DNA of 44,964 nt, taken from Octopus bimaculoides. Its lineage: Eukaryota. The stretch covers positions 26,545,666 through 26,590,629 of the forward strand of contig NC_068981.1 in assembly GCF_001194135.2 (NCBI RefSeq). The letters run 5' to 3'. Positions 36,420 through 44,964 of the stretch are shown here, in pieces; position 1 is the first letter of the stretch; each line of letters starts with the position of its first letter. A program made the translations under genes and the position numbers. The notes beneath the pieces are model-generated. The model saw only the letters and a list, made by a program, of their open reading frames with translations. It ran no database searches and was not told the origin of the DNA.

Positions 36420-37750
36420 TTAGGCTGTCAAATCACAACCCACTTCAGGTAGATGGCCCTGCTCGATATGTAGAAAAGGCATGGGTAGAAACTCCATACT
36501 ATGTGCCCAGTGTAAGCTATTGACACATAAAAGGTGCAGCAATATTAAAGGAAGGTTAACTGGGAAAATAGTTTTTGTGTGTGGCAGATGCACTGGGGCA
36601 ATAAACACTGAAGATGTACAGAAAGATTCCATCACATGCCGGGGAAGAAACTAGAAGTAGTTAATACCTTCTACTACCTAGGCGACCAAATCTGTAGTTG
36701 GGGTGGTTGCTCTGAGAGTGTAGCGACTAGAGTAATAATAGCCTGGGCAAAGTTCAGGGAGCTCCTACCTCTGCTGGCAATTAAGGGCCTCTTACCCAAG
36801 GTGAAAGGTAGACTGTATGATGCATATATGTGAACTACCATGCTACACGGCAGTGAAACATGGGCCATGAATGCTGAGGACATGTGCAGGTTTGAAAGAA
36901 ATTAAGCTAGTATGATCCATTGGATATGTAATGTCAGTATGCATACACAACGGAGTGTAAGCACTCTTAGGGAAAAGTTGGTCATAAGAAGCAACAAATG
37001 TGATGTGCAAGAGAGGCGACTGCACTGATATGGCCATGTGTTATGTATGAATGAAGACAGCTGTGTGAGGAAGTGCCACTCCCTAACTGTAGAAGGAACC
37101 TGTGGAAGAGGTAGATTCAGGAAGACATGGGATGAGGTGGTGAAGCATGTCCTTTGAACATTGAGCCTCACAGAAGCTATGACAGGAGATCGGGATCTTT
37201 GGAGATACGCTGTGATTGAGAAGACCCAGCAACCAAAGTGAGATGGCAGATGCACTTCCAGCCCTGTTATGAATACTCCTGATGCATCAGGCGATATGAT
37301 ATGCTTGAGAAGACTTGTTGAGTCAAGTAAAACTAATATTGTAGCTGGGGCCAGTGTCCCCTGACTGGCTCCTGTGCCGGTGGCATGTAAAAAGCACCAT
37401 CCAAACATGGTTGATACCAGGTCAGCCTGACTGGCTCCTGTGCTAGTGGCACATAAAAAGCACCCACTGATCGTGACTGATGCCAGTACCTACTGACTGG
37501 CTCCTGTGCCAGTGGCATGTAAAAAGCACCATCTGAACGTGATTGTTGCTAGGCCCGCCTTACTGGCCCCTGTGCCAGTGGCACATAAAAAGCTCTCCAA
37601 AATACTCTTGGAGTGGTTGGTGTTAGGAAGGGCATCATCTGTAGAAACTCTGCCAGACCAGATTGGAGCCTGGTGCAGCCGCTGGCTCTCCAGACCTCAA
37701 ACTGTCCAACCTATGCCAACATGGAAAATGGACATCAATCATGATGATGA
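36420..37750 (+). mobile_element. Second RTE LINE 3' fragment of the same family as 26195-28002
   Basis: CSICRKGMGRNSILCAQCKLLTHKRCS..FVCGRC; LEVVNTFYYLGDQI..AWAKFRELLPLL; LHGSETW. The 3'UTR has ~66-nt tandem modules and a (GAT)n tail. Confidence 0.88.
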
Positions 37751-38200
37751 TATATGTATATATATGTGTGTCTTTGTGTTTGTTTGTCCCCCACCACTGT
37801 TTGACAATCAGTGTTGGTTTGTTTACATCCCCATAACTTAGCAGTCGAGCAAGGCAGAATTTAAAATATGTATTAGGCTCGATTAGCTCAACTAAAATTC
37901 TTCACAACAGTGTCACAGTACGGTTGTAGTCCAGTGGCTAAAACAAGTAAAATATAAAAGAATATGAAAATATCAAATGCCCAGTTTGCCATGCCAGATA
38001 TTGCTATTTTTAGGGGAAGTTTCACAATAACTCAAGCTTATGAAAACAGCTACTTCACTATAAAAACAAAACATGATTATCCACCTGTAATTTTCTCACA
38101 ATAAAAAAAAGGATGACTGAATGTAAAATATGAAATTGATAATGAATAAAGAAACAGACACTGAATTGGAAAATGTAAAGTATATTTCTTAAAGTTTTAC

Positions 38201-38363
38201 CTGAATAAGGGCTTCCGAGTGCCACATTTCTGTACCAGATTGATCAAGGACTGATGGAGATTTGAAAGGTTGTTTCTGAGCAGTGACAACACTGGATTTA
38301 AATAATCGAAGACCAGGAATATATTTTGGAGAAACAGACGAGTGACTGGATTGGATTGGTGAA
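38201..38363 (-). CDS. SMPD4: SMPD4 exon, 163 nt, phase 2-0
   Basis: SPIQSS..GTEMWHSEALIQ compares with human EIWRSETLLQ. AG/GT bounded. Confidence 0.92.
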
Positions 38364-38739
38364 CTGTAAATAGAAATATCAATGAGACTTAGTACCAAGT
38401 TAACATAAGCTTTCCTTTATTTTAATTACATGAAAGTAAAAGATATAAAGAAAATTATTGTTTCACATTCACAAAACAATATCACGGTCTAGTCTGATAA
38501 TTATTTGAACTCTCATCCTCTGAATGTGAACTAATGTAGTATAATCAATGCAGAACACTGCACTTTATATTACTCCTAGCAAAGCATTATCATCACCGTT
38601 TAGTGTCCACTTTTCCATACTTGCATGTGTTGATCAACTGAACTTTTAAACCCACAAGACACATCCGTGCCTCATATTACTGGTGCTGTTTCATTGGCTG
38701 CATTTGTTCAAGCTTTAAACCAACAATATAATTATTCTA

Positions 38740-38948
38740 CAGGGTGTCCACAAAGTCTGGGTACATGGGATTAACACACTTTAAGAAATTATTATTTCTT
38801 ATATTTAATTGTTTATGTTATGATTTTATTTACTCCATGTACCCACATGGGGATTAACACATACTTTAAGAAATTATTATTTCTTATATTTAATTGCTTA
38901 TGTTATGATTTTATTTACTCTATGTACCCAGACTTTGTGGACACCCTG
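38740..38948. mobile_element. Tc1/mariner-type MITE with an internal tandem duplication
   Basis: TA|cagggtgtccacaaagtctgggtacat ... atgtacccagactttgtggacaccctg|TA. A ~90-nt internal unit is present twice. Confidence 0.9.
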
Positions 38949-39092
38949 TACTTCAGTAGTAAGCATCAAGAATAACAATATTGTGCTGAGCAACAGAGCA
39001 GGAAAATTATTGGAGAAGAGGAATGAAAGTGCATTACTCATACCTTTCACATGAGAAACTAATTAAATGTAAAAGTAAGACAAAGTACTCAC

Positions 39093-39312
39093 CCAGTATT
39101 CTGGGACTGAATGACAGGACTTCGCACCAAAGATGGCATATGAGGGATGGCTGGAATCTGCTGTTTCTCCAGAGGTAACAAATAGTCTAAATAATCCTCA
39201 ACCAAAGTTGGATATAAAAATGCAGAAAAGTGACCCCATATTGGGCAGTTCAGCCTAGATTTGGGGCTCACAAGCATAAAGGCAAAATGGAAAAGAAACA
39301 ATTCAAATGGAG
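39093..39312 (-). CDS. SMPD4: SMPD4 exon downstream of the AT-AC intron, 220 nt, phase 1-2
   Basis: (T)PFELFLFHFAFMLVSP..LYPTLVEDYLDYLLP compares with human NPFEYYIFFFA..YFILVDRYLSWFLP. Donor GG|gtgagt. Confidence 0.92.
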
Positions 39313-39392
39313 GTAAGAACAAAAGAGTTAAGGGAAATATAAAATGATCAAGTGAGAAAATGATCTTATCATACAAAGAGAATATATATATA

Positions 39393-39630
39393 CAAGGTTG
39401 GCCAAAAGTCAACCGACAGTAAATCAAAATTCCATAAATACTTAATATTCAATTTTATTTATTCATTCCAATTGTGAATGTTCAATAATTGAATGCTGTG
39501 AGTTAAAATCACCATCTTTTTTTAACTTTGTCTATTTATTAGCAAAGTCTCATATAAAGCAATTTTTTTGCTTTAATCTTGGAATTAAATGGGTTTTGAT
39601 TCACTATCAGGTGACTTTTGGCCAACCCTG
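39393..39630. mobile_element. Tc1/mariner-type MITE
   Basis: TA|caaggttggccaaaagtcaacc ... ggtgacttttggccaaccctg|TA. Confidence 0.85.
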
Positions 39631-39895
39631 TACATGAGTAGTATGAGATGTGGATACAGAGAAGCATGCAGCAATCACAGAATGTTCCTCAAAAGGATTC
39701 AGTTAAGAATCCATACGGTAATGAATTGCAAAGTATACAAAACTACTAAGTCAGGCGGTATGAGAGGTAAATATACATTTCATGACTTTCATCCAATCAT
39801 AAGCTGTAATCTTAAAACAATCAAATGGCTAAATAAATGTATATTCATCACGTTTTTCACACCTCCCAACCTTATGGTTTATATATAAATATAGT

Positions 39896-40120
39896 AGAGG
39901 CACTTGACTCAGTGGTTAGTGTGTTGGACTCATGATCGTAAGATTGTGGTTTCAATTCCTGGACTGGGCGACACAGTATTCTTGAGTCAAACACTTCACT
40001 TTCAGTTGCTCCAGTCCATTCCGATAGCAAAAATGAGCAACCCTGTGACGGACCACTGTCTCACTAAGGTGGGAAACATGTATGTCATGGAAACTGACAC
40101 TACAAGTCTATATGACTGTG
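39896..40120 (+). mobile_element. tRNA-derived SINE, degraded
   Basis: A-box tgactcagtgg and B-box-like ggtttcaattcc, then a SINE-like body ..gctccagtcca..aaccctgtgacggac. Confidence 0.6.
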
Positions 40121-41774
40121 GATGGACACGAAACTCAGCTTGCGAAGACTTATTGGGGCAAGCGAAAGTGAAATCAGGATTGCACCTGTGCCCAGCGTCG
40201 CCTTTCTCGCACTTGTGCCTGTGGCATGTGTAAGGATTTTCGAGCGAGATCGTTGCCAGTGCCCCTGGACTGGCTCTTGTGCGGGTGGCACATAAAATAC
40301 ACCATTTTGAGCGTGGCCGTTGCCAGTACCACCTGACTGGCCTTTGTGCGGGTGGCACGTAAAAGCACCCACTACACTCACTGAGTGGTTGGCGTTAGGA
40401 AGGGCATCCAGCTGTAGAAACTCTGCCAAATCAGATTGGAGCCTGGTGTAGCCATCTGATTTCACCANNNNNNNNNNNNNNNNNNNNNNNNNNNNNNNNN
40501 NNNNNNNNNNNNNNNNNNNNNNNNNNNNNNNNNNNNNNNNNNNNNNNNNNNNNNNNNNNNNNNNNNNNNNNNNNNNNNNNNNNNNNNNNNNNNNNNNNNN
40601 NNNNNNNNNNNNNNNNNNNNNNNNNNNNNNNNATATATAAAAGTACCTAAAAAAGAGTGTGATGCTTCTTCCAGTCATATATATATATGTACCAGCATGG
40701 AAAACGGACACGAAATGTTGCTGCTGATGATATATATTCATCATTGTTTTAAAATCCACTTTTCCATGCCTACATGATTCAGCTGGAAATCACTGAGGCA
40801 GATTTTCCTATGGCTGGATGTTCTTCCAGACACTAAACCTCCATTTGTTTTCAAGCAAGATAGTATTTCCCCAAAACTGAAGATATTACCATGGAAGATT
40901 GTATACCTTGTATGACAGTAACATGCATTATAATTATTACACAATCATCATCATCGTTTAATGTCCATCTTCCATGCATGCATGGGTAGGATGGCTGACA
41001 GGTGCCAGTCAGGTAGAATATTACCCCTGGTTACTGTGTCTGTTTTGGCAGGGTTTTTACGGCTGGATGCTCTTCCTAACACCAACCACTCAGCAGAGTG
41101 AACTCGTTGCTTTTTATGTGGCACTGGCACAGGGAAAATTAGTTTTGGCATGATTTTTACAGCTGGATGCCTTTCCAAATGCCAACCACTTTACAGTGTG
41201 GACTGGACTCTTTTTACGTGGCAGGGTCACCAAGTAACTTGGCAAGACAAAAAATTTTGAGAGGGGCAGGGGACATTTGAGGTGGGGAACTTGTGTCAGA
41301 GGATAAAAGATTAAAGTGTGACAGAGGGACAGAGAGGCGAAAACAGGTGTCTTGCTATAATGGAGGGGGGAGGGAGGCATTAGAAGAGGTGATCCGGAAA
41401 TAGCAGCAAAGAAAATTTGTAAAAATCAAATCGATGCATAGTAAAATGAAATTAGTAATAATTAATTCAAACATAGGCCCGAATACTTATGTAAGGAACA
41501 GAGTAGTCAAATTAACCACAGTACTTGATTAGTATCAACTCCGGAAGTACGAAAGGCCAAGTCTACCTTGGTGGGATTCAAACTCAGGACATAATTAAAT
41601 ATTGTAAGGCATTTTGTCTAATCCTCTGCAATTCTGCCATCAATATGTTTACAATTTAAAACATCAGTTTCTACAAGACAAATGAATAAAAACATCATCA
41701 GCACGGCAGACAGATATTAAACAATGATGATGATAATGCATAAGTATGTAGCAGTACATATTTAAAAAGGATAT

Positions 41775-41871
41775 TGAGAGTTAGATAAGGGCGACCAAAT
41801 GCTTGCATCTGTAGTTTGTTGGCGTAAAATACTGGTACAGCTCCTTCTTCAATCAAACGTCTTGTTGGTGC
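41775..41871 (-). CDS. SMPD4: SMPD4 exon upstream of the AT-AC intron, 97 nt, phase 0-1
   Basis: atttatcctag|GCA. APTRRLIEEGAVPVFYANKLQMQAFGRPYLTL compares with human GPVKASIQE..LYHNKVQ. Confidence 0.92.
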
Positions 41872-43067
41872 CTAGGATAAATTCAGACAATAAATATATT
41901 AAAAAGTAAAAAGAGGTCAAATATTAGTTTCATACTTTAGTACAAGGCCAGAAGTTTTGAAGGAGAGGCTTAATTGATTACATTGATCCCAGTACTCAAC
42001 TGGTACTTTATTCTTTTGTACTCTAGGCAAAAAGCCCGAAATTTTGGGGAGGAGGCCAGTCGATTAGATTGACCCAAGTATGCAACTGGTACTTAATTTA
42101 TCGATCCCGAAAGGATGAAAGGCAAAGTCGACCTCAGCAGAATTTGAACTCAGAACGTAAAGACAGACGAAATATTGCTAAGCATTTCACCTAGTGTGAT
42201 CATCATCATCATCGTTTAACGTCCGCTTTCCATGCTAGCATGGGTTGGACGATTTGACTGAGGACTGGTGAAACTGGATGGCAACACCAGGCTCCAATCT
42301 AAATTTGGCAGAGTTTCTACAGCTGGATGCCCTTCCTAACGCCAACCACTCAGAGAGTGAATGATAATGTTTCTTATTTCTTTATTGCCCACAAGGGGCT
42401 AAACATAGAGGGGACAAACAAGGACAGACAAAGGGGTCAAGTTGATTACATCGACCCCAGTGCGTAACTGGTACTTATTTAATCGACCCCGAAAGGATGA
42501 AAGGCAAAGTCGACCTCGGCGGAATTTGAACTCAGAACGTAAAGACAGACAATATACCGGCACTTTGCCCGGCGTGCTAACGTTTCTGCCAGCTCGCCAC
42601 CTTTGGCGCTTAATTTATTGATCTTGAATAGATGATCTCTGTGGAATAAAGAGGTCATATATTATATTCATATGTATAAATACATACAATCACACACATC
42701 TATGCACAGAAATACACACATAGATATATATATTCACAGCCGAACCTGTCAGTTTCACTATCCTCACAGATTTATAATCTTGATTTTAGGGCCATGAGTA
42801 TAAGAAAAATTAAAATTTTCTTTAACTCTAAGGCATTCAGATTGCTGTATCAAATGTAATGCTTCATGCATTATCCCATAGTTTTCTGATTTTGATCATG
42901 TGAGTGTTTATTTTTACAATGACATTGTAGGGTAGGTATGAAAGGCTTGATCTGGCTGGTTTGAACATAAAACAGGTAGAATATTTGGGCTGGATAAGGT
43001 CAGTTTAAATGCTAAAGAATTAAATGTTTGTAAAACATTAGAAGTAAAACGAAATAACCATACTTAC

Positions 43068-43283
43068 TGGTAGACAATGCAAGGGGAAATCATATGATAA
43101 ATAAGGATCTGACTGTAGGCGATATACCAGTTTCATTAAGGGGCCATTTGGTGACAGAAAAGCCCTGCCATATTCATATTCTTCCGGTGTTTTGATCTTG
43201 TTGATATATTCTAAATTCCAACCAGGTTCATGGCCAAATCCGAAAATACTTTCTAATATAGTTGGGAAAATATGGTGAGCTTC
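43068..43283 (-). CDS. SMPD4: SMPD4 exon, 216 nt, phase 0-0
   Basis: EAHHIFPTILESIFG..GWNL..FLSPNGPLMKLVYRLQ..YDFPLHCLP compares with human ELHTIFPWLVESIFG..GWNL..FLDPGGPMMKLVYKLQ..FDFPVSYLP. This exon is absent from the ORF track because it has no start codon near its 5' end. Confidence 0.97.
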
Positions 43284-43751
43284 CTATATAAAACACAAAG
43301 CAGAAATTAAATAAACAGACACACACAACTTTCAACATCAAAATTACTCTTAATGAAGCATATACAGAAAAAGAAATTCAATGGAAGTTCAGAGAAACGA
43401 GCACTAAATGAATACTATATTTTTTTCCTTTAATTATTTCAGTATGCACCTCAACCTTTCTGCTTATATCTACAGTTTTGATCCACGTAATTTCCAACAG
43501 TAGACACTCCACTTTTACATACATTTTCATTGGGAAACACATGACATACAGTACAAGGGTTAAGAAAAAAAGGTAATTGAGTTTTAATGTTATTAATATA
43601 TGAGGAAGAAGGAAGAGAAAACTTAAGCTGGCATCCAATATACTGTTAATGAACAATGTATAAATGGTGGAAAACTCTGAGAAAGCACCTCCAGTCTTTT
43701 ACAGATCCTCAGAGTATTACCAAGATAAATAATCCATAAGGATGTACTTAC

Positions 43752-43835
43752 CTTTGTACTTATGCTCATGATAATTGAAGTCACCATTTCAAAACGCTTT
43801 ACCAGGGGTTTCGAAATAGCATTCTGGAATTCCAC
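43752..43835 (-). CDS. SMPD4: Most 5' SMPD4 exon found, 84 nt, phase 0-0
   Basis: ttctttttgcag|GTG..AAG|gtaagt. VEFQNAISKPLVKRFEMVTSIIMSISTK compares with human [29 protein letters not shown]. Confidence 0.85.
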
Positions 43836-43987
43836 CTGCAAAAAGAAATTAGAAATTTATACATGTCTCATACGCTTACATATGATAGCGTCTCATAAAG
43901 CGAGATTTCTATACATCTTAAATTTGCAGAGGAATTTGTAGTGGGGGAGTTTAGCTTAATCGATNNNNNNNNNNAGAGGAATTTGTA

Positions 43988-44084
43988 GTGGGGGAGTTTA
44001 GCTTAATCGATCGAGCATCGGGACGCGTACTCACGCACGGAGATGTAAGTTCGAGTCCACAGCTAACCACCCACACTTTTTTTT
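43988..44084 (+). ncRNA. tRNA-like Pol III unit 1 (non-canonical)
   Basis: A-box TAGCTTAATCGA, D-arm GCTT/GAGC, B-box GTTCGAGTC, 3' AGCTAACCAC and a T8 terminator. Confidence 0.55.
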
Positions 44085-44087
44085 ATA

Positions 44088-44180
44088 GTGGGGGAGTTTA
44101 GCTCAATCGGTCGAGCATCGTGACGAGTAAAATCACGGAGATGTGAGTTCGAGTCCACAGCTAACCACCTACACTTTTTT
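44088..44180 (+). ncRNA. tRNA-like Pol III unit 2 (non-canonical)
   Basis: A-box TAGCTCAATCGG, D-arm GCTC/GAGC, stem TCGTG/CACGG with an 11-nt loop, B-box GTTCGAGTC and a T6 terminator. Period is 100 nt relative to unit 1. Confidence 0.6.
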
Positions 44181-44602
44181 CTGCAAAATAGGGGTAGTTT
44201 ATCCTGTTCAGGCTATATTATTAGCATTATCATGTGATTGAATATTTATTTTATTGATCTCTGAGGGTAATCTGGGCAGAATCTGAACTCAGAACATAAA
44301 GACATCATCATCATTTAACATCCATTTTCCATGCTGGCATGGGTGAGACAATTTGACTGGAGCTGATAAACTGGGGAGCTGCACCAGGCTCCAGTCTGTT
44401 TTGGCTTGGTTTCTATGCCAACCACTCCACAGGTACCTTTACCATGTCACCAGCACGAGACAGAAACAAATATTGCAATATTGTATAACACTCAACTGAT
44501 TTTGCCAATCCACCAGGTATGATGCTTGCTGGTGGTGTTTGCCTTAGTTCCTAAGGCCAGATGCCTTTCTTGTTACCAACCACCTTACTAAGTGAACATT
44601 TT

Positions 44603-44964
44603 GTCATTGTTGTTGGCATCCCGTCGCTTATGACGTCGAGGGTTCTAGTTGATCCGATCAACGGAACAGCCTGCTTGTGAAATTAACGTGCAAGTGGCTG
44701 AGCATTCCACAGACATGTGTACCCTTAACGTAGTTCTCGGGGATATTCAGCGTGACAGTGTGACAAGGCTGAACCCTTTGAATTACATGTACAACAGAAA
44801 CAGGAAGTAAAAGTGAAAGAAAGTTGTGGTGAAAGAGTACAGCAGGGTTCGCCACCATCCCCTGCCGGAGTCTCGTGGAGCTTTAGGTGTTTTCACTTAA
44901 TAAACACTCACAACGCCCGGTCTGGGAATCGAAACCGCGATCCTATGACCGCGAGTCCGCTGCC
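44603..44964 (-). mobile_element. tRNA-headed SINE (possibly Ceph/OR-type), cut by the window end
   Basis: Minus strand ggcagcggactcgcggtcataggatcgcggtttcgattcccagacc (B-box), then a SINE body. A degraded related fragment lies near 17355-17460. Confidence 0.7.

Larger units (their letters stand above)
39313..41774 (-). other. SMPD4: U12-type (minor spliceosome) AT-AC intron, 2462 nt
   Basis: 5' splice site ATATCCTTTTT. Branch site TTCCCTTAAC (39336-39327). 3' end gttcttAC. Joining gives the in-frame sequence YLTL-T-PFE, and no AG is available near the junction. Confidence 0.93.

Noticed and set aside
37361-37600. CRISPR-like repeat-spacer array
   Set aside because: The spacers are homologous to each other, the array lies in a LINE 3'UTR in a eukaryotic intron, and there are no cas genes.
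43752-43835. Alternative frame GGIPECYFETPGKAF-TGA-NGDFNYHEHKYK suggesting a selenocysteine exon
   Set aside because: The next exon starts in phase 0 and the phase-0 frame aligns with the SMPD4 N-terminus, so the TGA is out of frame.
43876-43896. ATG AGA CGC TAT CAT AT|gtaagc as the SMPD4 first coding exon
   Set aside because: It ends in phase 2 but the next exon needs phase 0, so the true start exon is probably beyond the window.
43927-43964. Apparent third tRNA-like unit
   Set aside because: It is identical to the sequence just after a 10-N gap (43975-44011), most likely an unmerged contig overlap.

Overview
AT-rich, repeat-dense eukaryotic DNA with several N gaps. The repeat families resemble those I recall from octopus genomes (inference). 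Two convergent protein-coding genes are supported. (1) The terminal exon of a two-pore-domain (K2P/TWIK-family) potassium channel lies on + at 8338-9446. (2) A sphingomyelin phosphodiesterase 4 (SMPD4/nSMase3) orthologue lies on -. I hand-assembled 15 in-frame exons from 43835 to 18753 (2352 nt, 783 aa plus stop). The first coding exon was not found (probably beyond the window) and one conserved exon is probably lost in a gap. One SMPD4 intron is a textbook U12-type AT-AC intron. The rest is mobile-element derived: a decayed mariner, Tc1/mariner and hAT MITEs, RTE LINEs with a PHD-like insert, R4/Dong-like fragments in (AAT)n, tRNA-derived SINEs, and a Penelope-like fragment with inverted terminal repeats. 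Most notable: the Penelope-like repeats combine a tRNA-like Pol III promoter with a hammerhead-like core; a second hammerhead-like core sits in a 180-nt fold-back; and there is a tandem pair of non-canonical tRNA-like Pol III units antisense to the SMPD4 5' region. No CRISPR or prokaryotic system was seen.
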